Part shown: piece by piece, positions 8,032-18,020 of the stretch
How the letters are laid out: each line of letters opens with the position of its first letter
Numbering within the stretch: position 1 is the first letter of the stretch
Source of the DNA: Pseudomonas sp.
GTDB lineage: Bacteria; Pseudomonadota; Gammaproteobacteria; Pseudomonadales; Pseudomonadaceae
Reading direction: 5' to 3'
Length of the DNA: 64,000 nucleotides
NCBI GenBank assembly: GCA_032067765.1
Contig: DAMBIX010000001.1
Location: 536,592-600,591 of the forward strand
The notes under the pieces: generated by a model
Database searches by the model: none
Told to the model about the DNA's origin: nothing
The model's input: only the letters and a program-made list of their open reading frames with translations
Translations under genes and position numbers: made by a program

Positions 8032-9125
8032 GGCAGTTCCTCCACCAGCCGATCGTCGGCATAGAGCATCAGCCATTGGGCAGGGAAGCCCACCCAGGCC
8101 TGCCCTTTCGGAACGGGCTGATCTTCAGGCAATCGCGCCTTGAGCAGTTGCGTTTGCAGGCGCAGCGTGAGGATCTTGTAAGTCCCCAGGTCTTCCACCC
8201 GCACCACTTCGGCCTGCATGCCGCCGATTGTCTGCTCTTCGCTCATCTGAACGAATTCCGGGCGGATGCCGATGTGCAGGCGGCTCGCATCCAGAGCCGG
8301 AAGCCGCGCAGCCAGCGCGCTGGACAGCGGAACGTGCAGATCATCGAAGCCAACACCGCCCTCCTCGGCACGCACCTTGATCAGGTTCATTCCCGGACTG
8401 CCGACGAAGAAGCCGACGAAGGTATGTTGTGGCCGCTCGAACAACTCCCGCGGTGTGCCGAACTGGACGATCTGCCCGCCATGCATCACCGCGATCTTGT
8501 CCGCGAAGGTCGAAGCCTCCAGCTGATCGTGAGTGACGTAGATCATAGTAATCTTGAACTGCTCATGGATCTGCTTGAGCTTGCGTCGCAGTTTCCATTT
8601 CAGGTGCGGGTCGATGACTGTGAGCGGCTCGTCGAAAAGAATCGCCGAGACGTCATCGCGTACCAGACCGCGCCCCATGGAGACCTTCTGCTTCTCGTCG
8701 GCGGTCAGATTGCGGGCTTTGCGCTGGAGCAGTGGATGGAGATCGAGCACCTCGGCAATCTCGTGCACCTTGCTGGTGATTCGCGCTTCCGGCACTCCTT
8801 GATTGCGCAATGGGAAGGCCAGGTTGTCGAATACGGTCATGGTGTCGTAGACGACCGGGAACTGGAAAACCTGGGCGATGTTGCGCTGCTCGGGCGTCAT
8901 CTTGTTCACCTCCCGAGCATCGAACAGCACCTGTCCCTCGGAGGGGTTGAGCAAGCCGGAAATAATGTTGAGTAGGGTCGACTTGCCGCAGCCGGAAGGA
9001 CCCAGCAGCGCGTAGGCGCCGCCCTGTTCCCACACATGATCCATCTCACGGATGGCGTAGTCCTCCTCCCCACGCGGCTGCGAGCTGTAACTATGGGCAA
9101 GGTTCTGCAACCGAATCTCCGCCAT
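8028..9125 (-). CDS. ABC transporter ATP-binding protein (MalK/UgpC-like), copy 1
   Basis: Walker A GPSGCGKST, signature SMGRG..., Walker B ILFDEP. Start at ATG 9125 (MAEIRLQNL...) with a GAGGAGC RBS. The 456-aa ORF-track version carries a spurious N-terminal extension. Confidence 0.9.
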   Translation of the reverse strand: MAEIRLQNLAHSYSSQPRGEEDYAIREMDHVWEQGGAYALLGPSGCGKSTLLNIISGLLNPSEGQVLFDAREVNKMTPEQRNIAQVFQFPVVYDTMTVFDNLAFPLRNQGVPEARITSKVHEIAEVLDLHPLLQRKARNLTADEKQKVSMGRGLVRDDVSAILFDEPLTVIDPHLKWKLRRKLKQIHEQFKITMIYVTHDQLEASTFADKIAVMHGGQIVQFGTPRELFERPQHTFVGFFVGSPGMNLIKVRAEEGGVGFDDLHVPLSSALAARLPALDASRLHIGIRPEFVQMSEEQTIGGMQAEVVRVEDLGTYKILTLRLQTQLLKARLPEDQPVPKGQAWVGFPAQWLMLYADDRLVEELP

Positions 9126-9135
9126 GGCGCGCTCC

Positions 9136-10218
9136 TCAGATGCGTCGGGCCGGGGCCTGGGCCAACCGGCCGGCCGCATCGAACACGAACAGCTTGTGGG
9201 TCGGGATGTACACCCGAATGGGCGAGTCCACCGCGTAGTCGTGTACCCCTTGCAGGTGCAGGACCAGACTGAAATGGTCGTTGCGCACGTGGAGGAAGGT
9301 TTCCGATCCGCTGATTTCTGCCAGTTCGACCATCCCCGAAACTTCCAGATCGTCGTCATTGGACGGGACCAGACCAATATGGCTAGGCCGGATCCCAAAT
9401 CGGTATTCGCCCTCGTTCAGTGTCCGCAGGTCCGCATTGAGCGGAAAGTGCATGCAATCCTGAAAGCTGACCTCATTGGCAGCAATCCGCCCCGGCAGCA
9501 GGTTGATTGGGGGCTCGGAAAACAGCTCGGCGCTGAGCATCTGGCTGGGACGATGGTAAACCTCTGACGTCGATCCACTCTGTATCACTCGACCTTCATG
9601 CAGGACCGTTGCCGTTCCGCCCAGGGCCAGCGCCTCGTTCGGCTCGGTGGTGGCGTAGACGGCAATGCTGCGACGAGTCTTGAACAACTCGCGCATCTCC
9701 TGGCGGAGCTCTTCGCGCAATTTGTAATCGAGGTTGACCAGCGGCTCATCGAACAGAACCAGATCCGCGTCCTTGACCAGTGCCCGAGCCATCGCGGTGC
9801 GCTGCTGCTGCCCACCGGAAAGCTCCAGCGGGTGCCGCTGAAGGAAGCCTTCGATATGCAGCATCTCGGCGGTTTCGCGCACCTTGCGCTCGATCTGTTC
9901 CTTGCTCACGCCGGCCTGCCGCAATGGCGAGGCGATGTTCTCAAACACGCTCAGGGTCGGGTAGTTGATGAACTGTTGGTACACCATCGAAACGTTGCGC
10001 TTGCGCACAGGCACTCCGGTCACATCGGCGCCGTTCATCAGGATTCGCCCCGTGCTCGGCTTGTCGAGTCCCGCCATGAGCCGCATCAGCGAGGTCTTGC
10101 CCGACAGGGTTCGCCCTATCAGCACATTGAACGAGCCTGGCTCGAAATCCAGGCTGGCATCGTCGATATGCAGTTGGCCATCGACAGTCTTGGTGATGTG
10201 TTCCAGCGTGAGGGACAT
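9136..10218 (-). CDS. ABC transporter ATP-binding protein, copy 2; first gene of the operon
   Basis: Walker A GRTLSGKTS, signature LSGGQQQR, Walker B LVLFDEP. Confidence 0.9.
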   Translation of the reverse strand: MSLTLEHITKTVDGQLHIDDASLDFEPGSFNVLIGRTLSGKTSLMRLMAGLDKPSTGRILMNGADVTGVPVRKRNVSMVYQQFINYPTLSVFENIASPLRQAGVSKEQIERKVRETAEMLHIEGFLQRHPLELSGGQQQRTAMARALVKDADLVLFDEPLVNLDYKLREELRQEMRELFKTRRSIAVYATTEPNEALALGGTATVLHEGRVIQSGSTSEVYHRPSQMLSAELFSEPPINLLPGRIAANEVSFQDCMHFPLNADLRTLNEGEYRFGIRPSHIGLVPSNDDDLEVSGMVELAEISGSETFLHVRNDHFSLVLHLQGVHDYAVDSPIRVYIPTHKLFVFDAAGRLAQAPARRI

Positions 10219-10252
10219 GCCGCATCCTTCTAATTATTATCGAAGGATGCAG

Positions 10253-10268
10253 AGCGAGATCCGTGCCA
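10253..10268 (-). promoter_or_regulatory. Sigma-54 (-24/-12) promoter of the ABC operon
   Basis: The minus strand reads TGGCACGGATCTCGCT, against the consensus TGGCAC-N5-TTGCW. GG and GC have the correct 10-nt spacing. The site is ~35 nt upstream of the ATG at 10218, and a sigma-54 activator is encoded divergently. Confidence 0.6.
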
Positions 10269-10315
10269 GCGCCATACGAAGGCTCTAGTGCGCGGCTTCG
10301 GGAAAAGGAGCTGAT

Positions 10316-10392
10316 GTTCCCCAGTGTTCAGAATGAACAATTTTGAACACTGGGGAACGTTGACAATGAACAGAAATGAACAAGACTGTTCA
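10316..10392. promoter_or_regulatory. Upstream activator (enhancer) array: six TGTTCA/TGAACA hexamers including a perfect 15-bp inverted repeat
   Basis: GTTCCCCAGTGTTCA (10316-10330) pairs with TGAACACTGGGGAAC (10344-10358). TGTTCAgaaTGAACA lies at 10325-10339 and TGAACAagacTGTTCA at 10377-10392. The array is 50-125 bp upstream of the -24 element. Confidence 0.55.
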
Positions 10393-10450
10393 AGACGCCA
10401 GCTGCGGCGGCAGCAGATAACAACAAGAATTGCGTCTCCAGTGAGGCAAC

Positions 10451-12319
10451 ATGGCCGATCCAGCGCAGTCCATCTCACATCAGGCTCTGGTAAAGGATTC
10501 ATGGAGCCGCTGCGAACGCTACGGGCTGAACCGGCTCAGCATTCCCAGTTTCGGCCAACCCGCAGAGCAGGACGTCAACGCCCTGCTGGAGCGCCAACGG
10601 AGTCTGGTGCAGACCACCCAGCGCGAAGTGCTTCCGTACTACGAGAACATCCTTTCGAACTCGAGCTGCCTGATTCTGCTGGCCGATAGCGGCGGACAGC
10701 TGCTCGAGTCCTGGGGCGACCGCCGCTTCGTCGAGCCCGCTCAGCAAAGCGGATTCAAGCCCGGCGCGAGCTGGATGGAACGCGATACCGGAACCAACGC
10801 GATCGGCACCGCGCTGGCCAGCGGGCAGGCTGTGCATATTCAGCGCGACGAGCACTTCCTCAAGGCCAATCGCTATCTGTCCGGTGCGGCCTCACCGATC
10901 TTCGACGCGCAGCGCCGATTGATTGCAGTGCTCGACGTCTCCAGCGACAGCTACCTTCCACCTTCGCACACGCTCGGCATGGTGAAGATGATGAGCCAGT
11001 CGGTGGAGAATAGGCTGATCCTCAATTTGTTCCACGACGACTATTTCCAGCTGACCTTCAACACCGGGCAGGACAATCTCGACAGCCAGTGGGCCGGGTT
11101 GCTGGTTTTCGACGAGTCCGGGCTGATCGTCTCGGCCAATCGGCGCGCCGACAATCTGCTTGGCGTGGCACTGACGCGAACCCGCATCGACATGCTGTTC
11201 GATGTCCCGCTATTGCAGTTGCTGAATCAGCCGGAAGATCAGCCTATGCTGTTGCGAGCCATGGGCCGCCATCGCTTCCACGGCATCGTGCGACGCCCGC
11301 AAAAGCCACGCATCCGGCCGCGCGACTTCCGCGCGTCTCCTCGCCCCGAACATTCCATCGACCTGGCCACCATCGACCAGGGCGACCCGCAGGTGCACAA
11401 GGCGGTTCACCAGGCCCTGCTTATGCTGGAAAAGAACGTCCCGATTCTCGTGCACGGCGAAACGGGCGTCGGCAAAGAAGTACTGGTCAAGGCGTTGCAC
11501 GCCGCTAGCTCGCGGGCTAAGGCCCCTTTAATCGCCGTCAACTGCGCCGCGATTCCCTGTGAGCTGATCGAATCCGAACTGTTTGGCTACGAGAAAGGCG
11601 CCTTCACCGGCGCCCACCAGAAGGGCAGTCTCGGCCTGATCCGCAAGGCAGACCAAGGGGTGCTGTTTCTCGACGAAATCGGCGATATGCCGCTGAATCT
11701 ACAGGCGCGCCTGTTACGCGTGCTGCAGGACCGTAGCGTCCAGCCGCTCGGTGGCGGGGAGCCCTTCCCGGTCGACTTTCGCCTGGTCTGCGCAACGAAC
11801 CGCTCGCTACGCCAGGACGTCGAGAACGGCCGTTTTCGCCAGGATCTGTTTTACCGCGTCAGCGGGCTCAGCGTTGAGCTGCCTCCGCTGCGTGCCCGCC
11901 GCGACAAGCAGGCGATTTTCCAGCGGATCTGGGAGCAGCATAGAGAACCCCAGCAATGGGCCGGGCTGAGCGCGGAGGTGCAGCGCCTGTTTGAAAGCCA
12001 CCCCTGGCCAGGGAATATTCGCCAACTGAGCAGCGTAGTTCAGGTTGCGCTGGCATTGGCCCAGGATCAGCCGATCGGCCCGGAGCATCTACCAGACGAC
12101 TTCTTCGTGGACCTTAACGAAAGCACCGAAACTCACCGCAACACAGTGCCACCCTATTCCGTCGGCAAGGCGCCTCCGCTTTCATCGCCTACGAATCAGC
12201 CGCTGCGCTCGCAGTTCGAGGCCTGCCGTGGCAACGTTTCGCACCTTGCCCGGCGCCTGGGCGTCAGCCGCAACACTCTCTACAAGCGCTTGCGGGCCGA
12301 AGGGATCTGGAAAGGGTAA
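10451..12319 (+). CDS. Sigma-54-dependent transcriptional activator, AcoR/DhaR-like (N-terminal GAF-type sensor, AAA+ domain, C-terminal Fis-type HTH)
   Basis: Walker A GETGVGKE, the GAFTGA loop (EKGAFTGA) and a C-terminal HTH (NVSHLARRLGVSRNTLYKRL). Confidence 0.9.
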   Translation: MADPAQSISHQALVKDSWSRCERYGLNRLSIPSFGQPAEQDVNALLERQRSLVQTTQREVLPYYENILSNSSCLILLADSGGQLLESWGDRRFVEPAQQSGFKPGASWMERDTGTNAIGTALASGQAVHIQRDEHFLKANRYLSGAASPIFDAQRRLIAVLDVSSDSYLPPSHTLGMVKMMSQSVENRLILNLFHDDYFQLTFNTGQDNLDSQWAGLLVFDESGLIVSANRRADNLLGVALTRTRIDMLFDVPLLQLLNQPEDQPMLLRAMGRHRFHGIVRRPQKPRIRPRDFRASPRPEHSIDLATIDQGDPQVHKAVHQALLMLEKNVPILVHGETGVGKEVLVKALHAASSRAKAPLIAVNCAAIPCELIESELFGYEKGAFTGAHQKGSLGLIRKADQGVLFLDEIGDMPLNLQARLLRVLQDRSVQPLGGGEPFPVDFRLVCATNRSLRQDVENGRFRQDLFYRVSGLSVELPPLRARRDKQAIFQRIWEQHREPQQWAGLSAEVQRLFESHPWPGNIRQLSSVVQVALALAQDQPIGPEHLPDDFFVDLNESTETHRNTVPPYSVGKAPPLSSPTNQPLRSQFEACRGNVSHLARRLGVSRNTLYKRLRAEGIWKG

Positions 12320-12584
12320 GGATTCGAGGCGTTCATCGACAGTCGAACATGAAACTGAATTTGATCGTCACTAACCATGGGTAAGGGGGTTCCGCTTATA
12401 CATGTCGCCAAAAGGCCGCACACAGCGCAACGCTTACTTTTCGCTTGCGCATCTTCGCCCCGAGGTCGGGCCTCACATAAAGCCGAAGCAGCCGATGCAC
12501 TCCAGATTCGTGGGAGACGCGCCCCGCGGCGAATGCCGGCCGAAGGCCTGCCCGATCACGAAAGCAGGAGCACAACAGCCAGGA

Positions 12585-13970
12585 TTATTCGCTTTGACGC
12601 CACGTCGTGCCGCCCTTGCCGTCTTCCAGCACCACACCCATGGCCGTCAGCTGATCGCGAATGCGGTCCGACTCGGCCCAGTTCTTGTCGGCACGAGCCT
12701 GCAGGCGCGCAGCAATCAGCGCCTCCACCTGAGCGGCATCGACCTTGCCTGCGGCGCCGGCCTGCAGAAAAGCGTTAGGGTCCATTTGCAGCACGCCAAG
12801 CACGCCGGCCAGGTCTTTCAGCCGGGCCGCGAGTGCGGCAGCGGCCTGCAGGTCCGTATCGCGCAAGCGGTTGATCTCGCGGACCATCTCGAACATGACC
12901 GCGCAGGCTTCGGGCGAGTTGAAGTCGTCATCCATGGCCTCGCCGAAGCGAGTGACGAAGCTTTCGCCGCCCTGGGCGGGTAGCTCAGGCAAGCCTCGAA
13001 GCGCGGTATAGAAGCGATCGAGCGCGCCCTTGGCTTCTTTCAGGCTGTCTTCGGAGTAATTGATCGGACTGCGATAGTGGCTCGAAACCAACAGGTAGCG
13101 CACAACTTCCGGCTGGTATTTTTCCAGCACCTCGCGAATGGTGAAGAAGTTGCCCAGCGATTTGGACATCTTCTCCCCGTCGACACGCACCGCGCCGGCA
13201 TGCATCCAGGCATTGGCGTACTGCTGGCCGGTCGCCGCTTCGCTCTGGGCAATTTCGTTTTCGTGATGCGGGAACACCAGATCAGGGCCACCGCCATGGA
13301 TATCGAAGGTTTCCCCCAGGCAGCAGGTGGACATCACCGAGCACTCGATATGCCAGCCCGGGCGCCCCGCTCCCCAGGGCGATTCCCAGCTCGGCTCGCC
13401 TGGCTTGGCCGCTTTCCAGAGTACGAAATCCAGGGGGTCTTGCTTGGCTTCGTCGACTTCGATGCGCGCACCGATCTTGAGATCTTCGATCTTGCGCCGC
13501 GACAGCTTGCCGTAACCAACGAACTTGCCGACCCGGTAGTAGACGTCTCCGTTACCCGGTGCATAGGCGAAGCCCTTGTCGATCAGGGTCTGGATCATGC
13601 TGTGCATGCCAGCGATGTGCTCGGTGGCCCGTGGCTCCAGATCGGGACGCAGCACGTTGAGCCGAGCCTCGTCTTCGCGCATCGCGGCGATCATGCGGCC
13701 GGTCAGGGCCTCGAAGGATTCTCCGTTTTCCTGAGCGCGCCGGATGATCTTGTCGTCGATATCGGTGATGTTGCGCACGTAGGTCAGCTCGTAACCGCGC
13801 TGGCGCAACCAGCGCGAGACGACGTCGAACGCCACCATGACCCGCGCATGACCGATATGACAGAAGTCATAGACCGTCATGCCGCACACGTACATGCGCA
13901 CCTGGTTGTCGATCAGCGGCTTGAGCGGCTCCTTGGCCTTGGTCAGGGTGTTGAAGATCGACAGTGCCAT
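12585..13970 (-). CDS. cysS: Cysteine--tRNA ligase
   Basis: HIGH motif (CHIGHAR) and KMSKS motif; collinear with E. coli CysS. The ATG at 13970 overlaps the glnS stop by 1 nt. Confidence 0.95.
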   Translation of the reverse strand: MALSIFNTLTKAKEPLKPLIDNQVRMYVCGMTVYDFCHIGHARVMVAFDVVSRWLRQRGYELTYVRNITDIDDKIIRRAQENGESFEALTGRMIAAMREDEARLNVLRPDLEPRATEHIAGMHSMIQTLIDKGFAYAPGNGDVYYRVGKFVGYGKLSRRKIEDLKIGARIEVDEAKQDPLDFVLWKAAKPGEPSWESPWGAGRPGWHIECSVMSTCCLGETFDIHGGGPDLVFPHHENEIAQSEAATGQQYANAWMHAGAVRVDGEKMSKSLGNFFTIREVLEKYQPEVVRYLLVSSHYRSPINYSEDSLKEAKGALDRFYTALRGLPELPAQGGESFVTRFGEAMDDDFNSPEACAVMFEMVREINRLRDTDLQAAAALAARLKDLAGVLGVLQMDPNAFLQAGAAGKVDAAQVEALIAARLQARADKNWAESDRIRDQLTAMGVVLEDGKGGTTWRQSE

Positions 13971-15640
13971 CACTGGCCTCCCCAGGAATCGCGCAAGGTC
14001 ACGGTACGGTTGAACACCACGGCATCCGGCCGGCTGTCTTTGCTGTCGACGCAGAAATAGCCCTCGCGCTCGAACTGGAAGCGATCTTCAGCTTCGGCCG
14101 AGGCCAACGAGGGTTCGGCTCGACAGCCCTTGAGCACGACCAACGAATCGGGATTGATGTTGTCGAGGAAGCTGCCGCCCTCCTCATCCTTCTCGGGATT
14201 GGCCGAACGGAACAAGCGGTCGTACAGACGCACTTCGCACTCGACGCTCTCAGCGGCCGGCACCCAGTGAATGACGCCCTTGACCTTGCGGCCTTCCGGA
14301 TTCTTGCCCAGGGTTTGCGGGTCGTAGGAGCAGCGCAACTCGACCACATTGCCGTCGGCATCCTTGATCGCCTCATCGGCACGGATCACGTAGCTGCCAC
14401 GCAGCCGGACCTCGCCGTTGGGCTCGAGCCGCTTGAACCCCTTCGGCGGGTTTTCCTCGTAATCCCCGGCGTCGATGTAGATCTCACGGGAAAACGGCAA
14501 TTGGCGCACGCCCATGTCCTGCTTGGGATGGCGAGGCAGCTCGAGCTTTTCAAGCTGGCCTTCGGGATAGTTGGTGATGACGACCTTTAACGGCTTGAGG
14601 ACGCACATGGCGCGTGGCGCATTGGCGTCCAGATCTTCGCGAATTGCGAATTCGAGCATGCCGATATCGACGACGCCGCCCGCGCGGTTCACGCCGACCA
14701 TGTCGCAGAAGGTCCGGATCGACGCCGGGGTGTAACCGCGCCGACGATAGCCGCTGAGCGTCGACATGCGCGGATCGTCCCAGCCGCTGACGTGCTTTTC
14801 ATCGACCAGCTGCTTGAGCTTGCGCTTGCTGGTGATGGTGTAGTTCAGGTTGAGGCGCGCGAATTCGTACTGACGCGGACGCGCCGGAACCGGCAGGTTC
14901 TCGAGGAACCATTCGTAGAGCGGACGGTGATCTTCGAATTCGAGCGTGCAGATCGAATGAGTAACGCCTTCGATGGCATCTGACTGGCCATGGGTAAAAT
15001 CGTAGCTGGGGTAGATGCACCAGGCATTCCCCGTCTGGTGATGATGCGCATGACGAATGCGGTAAAGAATCGGGTCGCGCAGGTTCATGTTCGGCGCGGC
15101 CATGTCGATCTTCGCGCGCAGCGCCTTGGCCCCGTCCGGGAACTCACCGGCCTTCATCCGCGCGAACAGATCCAGGTTCTCGTCTACCAAACGATCCCGG
15201 AACGGGCTGTTCTTGCCGGGCTCGGTCAGGCTGCCACGGTATTCCCGGGCCTGCTCAGGCGTCAGATCGCAGACGTAGGCTTTGCCAGCCTTGATCAATT
15301 CAACGGCCCAATCGTGCAGCTGGGCAAAATAGTTGGAGGCGTAACGCTCCTCACCCGCCCACTGGAAACCGAGCCACTGAACGTCGCTCTTGATCGCGTC
15401 GATGTATTCCTGATCTTCCTTTGCCGGGTTGGTGTCATCGAAGCGAAGGTTGCACTCGCCACCGAACTCCTTGGCCAAGCCGAAGTTCAGGCAGATCGAC
15501 TTGGCGTGGCCGATGTGCAGATAACCGTTGGGCTCGGGCGGAAAGCGCGTCACGATCCTGGCATGCTTGCCTGATTCCAGGTCGGCCTGGACGATCGGGC
15601 GGAGAAAGTTGGTGGCTGCGGTAGTCTCAGGCTTGCTCAT
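13970..15640 (-). CDS. glnS: Glutamine--tRNA ligase
   Basis: 556 aa; [18 protein letters not shown] (HIGH motif) and full-length GlnS similarity. Confidence 0.95.
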   Translation of the reverse strand: MSKPETTAATNFLRPIVQADLESGKHARIVTRFPPEPNGYLHIGHAKSICLNFGLAKEFGGECNLRFDDTNPAKEDQEYIDAIKSDVQWLGFQWAGEERYASNYFAQLHDWAVELIKAGKAYVCDLTPEQAREYRGSLTEPGKNSPFRDRLVDENLDLFARMKAGEFPDGAKALRAKIDMAAPNMNLRDPILYRIRHAHHHQTGNAWCIYPSYDFTHGQSDAIEGVTHSICTLEFEDHRPLYEWFLENLPVPARPRQYEFARLNLNYTITSKRKLKQLVDEKHVSGWDDPRMSTLSGYRRRGYTPASIRTFCDMVGVNRAGGVVDIGMLEFAIREDLDANAPRAMCVLKPLKVVITNYPEGQLEKLELPRHPKQDMGVRQLPFSREIYIDAGDYEENPPKGFKRLEPNGEVRLRGSYVIRADEAIKDADGNVVELRCSYDPQTLGKNPEGRKVKGVIHWVPAAESVECEVRLYDRLFRSANPEKDEEGGSFLDNINPDSLVVLKGCRAEPSLASAEAEDRFQFEREGYFCVDSKDSRPDAVVFNRTVTLRDSWGGQ

Positions 15641-16011
15641 GGTGTCCTTAACGATCTGCGAGTATGCGGCTCAGAGAGGTTTACAAAAATAGTCAGGCAA
15701 GGCGCAACGACCAACGGGAGTAACAGCCGAAGGCTGGCCCGAAGGGTGAGCGCAGCGAATCAAACAGCCGAAAAAGCGGAATGTACAAGTTGTACGTGAG
15801 CATTTTGAGGCTGATTTCAACGCAGCATGGCCGAGCGCAGTAGTTTGTAAACACTCTCTCAGGGTAGGCCGGCCAAATCAAAGCGCCTATCATAGCGGAC
15901 CCGTCAACCCCCTGACAGAGCAAAGCGCCCGGCCGCGCAACGCCCTTCAGCCGCGACGCCCGTTCCCGCGTCGCGACACGACTCCCCTCTTCTCATTAAG
16001 GAAGGCTTTCA

Positions 16012-16506
16012 ATGATCAAGCTCCATACCAATCATGGCGTCATTACTGTCAAATTGTTCGAAGACAAGGCCCCGGAAACCACCGCCAACTTCAAGGAATA
16101 CGTGAAGAGCGGCCACTACGACGGCACCGTGTTCCATCGCGTGATTAGCAATTTCATGATCCAGGGCGGCGGCTTCGAGCCCGGCATGAAGCAGAAGGCC
16201 ACCCGCGCTCAGATCAAGAACGAAGCCAACAACGGCCTTTCCAACAAGACTGGCACCCTGGCCATGGCACGTACCATGGAGCCGCATTCGGCGTCCGCGC
16301 AGTTTTTCATCAACGTCAAGGATAACGACTTCCTCGACCACACCGCGCCAACCGTTCAGGGCTGGGGCTACGCCGTGTTCGGCGAGGTGGTCGAAGGCAT
16401 GGACGTGGTCGAGAAGATCAAGGGTGTTCCCACCACGATGAAGTCGGGCCATCAGGACGTGCCGGTGGAAGACGTGGTCATCGAAAAAGCCGAGATCGTC
16501 GAGTAA
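16012..16506 (+). CDS. ppiB: Peptidyl-prolyl cis-trans isomerase B (cyclophilin type)
   Basis: 164 aa; [15 protein letters not shown] cyclophilin core. Confidence 0.9.
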   Translation: MIKLHTNHGVITVKLFEDKAPETTANFKEYVKSGHYDGTVFHRVISNFMIQGGGFEPGMKQKATRAQIKNEANNGLSNKTGTLAMARTMEPHSASAQFFINVKDNDFLDHTAPTVQGWGYAVFGEVVEGMDVVEKIKGVPTTMKSGHQDVPVEDVVIEKAEIVE

Positions 16507-16511
16507 CCGCG

Positions 16512-17234
16512 TTGATCCTGCTGATTTCAGATTTGCATCTGGAAGAAAAACGCCCGGACATCACCCGGGCGTTTCTTCATTTCCTTGAGACTCGGGCTGC
16601 CCAGGCCGAGGCGCTTTACATTCTTGGCGATTTCTTTGAGGTCTGGGTTGGCGACGACGGCATGTCGCCCTACCAGCATGAGATAGCCGGAGCGTTGAAG
16701 GAACTGGGTCTGCGCGGGACGCGTATCTACCTGATGCACGGCAACCGCGACTTCATGATCGGCAAAGCGTTCTGCCGCGAGGCCGGATGTACGCTTCTGG
16801 CCGATCCGCATATCGCGCAGCTTGGCGGTGAGCGATTATTACTGATGCACGGCGACAGCCTGTGCACGCGAGACGAAGGCTACATGCGCCTACGGCGCTG
16901 GCTGCGTAACCCGGTCAGCCTGTTCATTCTGCACAACCTCTCCCTGGCCAAGCGTCAGAAGCTGGCCCAGAAGCTGCGTTCGAGCAGCAAACAAGAGACA
17001 CGCATGAAAGCCAGCGACATCGTCGATGTGACGCCGGAAGAAGTGACCAGGGTCATGCAGCAGAACGATGTTCGCACCCTGATCCATGGCCATACGCACC
17101 GCCCCGCAACCCACGTGCTGGACGTCGGCGGAAAGCCCGCAAGGCGCATCGTACTAGGTGACTGGGATCGCCAGGGATGGGTGCTGCAGGTCGACGAATC
17201 AGGTTTTCACCAGACGTCATTCGACCTGAACTGA
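16512..17234 (+). CDS. lpxH: UDP-2,3-diacylglucosamine diphosphatase
   Basis: ISDLHL...[13 protein letters not shown]...HGNRDF metallophosphatase motifs. Apparent TTG start. Confidence 0.9.
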   Translation: MILLISDLHLEEKRPDITRAFLHFLETRAAQAEALYILGDFFEVWVGDDGMSPYQHEIAGALKELGLRGTRIYLMHGNRDFMIGKAFCREAGCTLLADPHIAQLGGERLLLMHGDSLCTRDEGYMRLRRWLRNPVSLFILHNLSLAKRQKLAQKLRSSSKQETRMKASDIVDVTPEEVTRVMQQNDVRTLIHGHTHRPATHVLDVGGKPARRIVLGDWDRQGWVLQVDESGFHQTSFDLN

Positions 17235-17239
17235 ATGAA

Positions 17240-17845
17240 TCAGGCGGCGCTTGGCACGCCGCTGTGAAAGCGGAACTCGCTGTCAGGGCTTTCGATCAGC
17301 TCGCGCTCACGGCCACGCACCCGAACGATCGTCGCGTCGATGTCAGCCTCATCCCCGTAGAGATACGCCAGCTTCAGGTAATCCTGAAAGTGCCTCGCCT
17401 CGGACTTCAGCAGCCCGTGGTAAAACTTGCCCAGGTCTTCGTCCAGATGCGGTACCAACATGGCGAAACGCTCGCAGGAACGCGCCTCGATAAAGGCCCC
17501 GATCACCAACGTGTCGGTGAGCCGATATGGCTCGTGATTGCGCACCAACTCCCGCAACCCGGCGGCGTAACGTGATGACCCGATGTTACGCAGGCCGATT
17601 TCGCGCTTGCGGATGATCGATAGCACCTGCTCGAAGTGCCGCAGCTCTTCCCTGGCCAGGCGCGACATCTTGTTTTGCAGATCGGGCTTATCGACATACC
17701 GGAACATCAGCTGAAAGGCGGCGCCAGCGGCCTTCTTTTCGCAGTTGCCGTGATCGATGAGCATCACGTCCTGGTTCTGCAGCGCAACGTCGACCCAGGC
17801 GGCTGGCGTGGCGCAGCCCAGAAATTCATTTAATTCGGGAAGCAT
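17240..17845 (-). CDS. miaE: tRNA-(ms2io6A)-hydroxylase MiaE-like diiron protein
   Basis: REELRHFEQV and KSEARHF (ExxH diiron motifs). Start at ATG 17845 (MLPELNEFL...). Confidence 0.8.
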   Translation of the reverse strand: MLPELNEFLGCATPAAWVDVALQNQDVMLIDHGNCEKKAAGAAFQLMFRYVDKPDLQNKMSRLAREELRHFEQVLSIIRKREIGLRNIGSSRYAAGLRELVRNHEPYRLTDTLVIGAFIEARSCERFAMLVPHLDEDLGKFYHGLLKSEARHFQDYLKLAYLYGDEADIDATIVRVRGRERELIESPDSEFRFHSGVPSAA

Positions 17846-17947
17846 GGTGAGTTCGTATTCGCAAAAAAGAGTGAGCGGCGGTACGTACCGCGATTCGCGC
17901 CGCGGACGGCGCATTATACGAGGCGTGCCCCCTACGGCCAGTGCAGG

Positions 17948-17988
17948 TTGACTTGCATCACAACCGGCAGAGCCGGCTTGGCTATAGT
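17948..17988 (+). promoter_or_regulatory. Candidate class II Anr/FNR-dependent promoter of the USP gene
   Basis: TTGACTTGCATCAC (17948-17961) matches TTGAT-N4-ATCAA at 8/10 positions. A -10-like TATAGT lies at 17983-17988. The box centre is ~28.5 bp upstream of the -10, against an expected ~29.5 bp for a -41.5 site. Confidence 0.45.
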
Positions 17989-18020
17989 GAGTTCATACGA
18001 AACCGGAAGCGGAGCCGATC

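Noticed and set aside
8028-9398. N-terminal extensions of ORF-track models (for example 456 aa for the ABC ATPase, and also 544, 17914, 19458, 25495, 26548, 34508, 39935, 50499, 58946)
   Set aside because: The extensions overlap the upstream gene, lack an RBS and have non-protein-like composition. Internal ATG or GTG starts with good SD sequences and homology-consistent N-termini were used instead.
12500-12562. REP-like sequence (GTGGGAGACGCGCCCCGCGGCGAATGCCGGCCGAAGGCC) in the regulator-cysS spacer
   Set aside because: It resembles Pseudomonas REP elements from memory, but only one copy is visible in the window and I cannot define the family. It is therefore not reported as a feature.
15672-15860. 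Possible MITE: GAGAGGTTTACAAA (15675-15688) against TTTGTAAACACTCTC (15844-15858) in the 370-bp glnS-ppiB spacer
   Set aside because: The inverted repeat needs an indel and reduces to 9+5 matching bases. There is no target-site duplication and no second copy in the window, so it is not statistically compelling.
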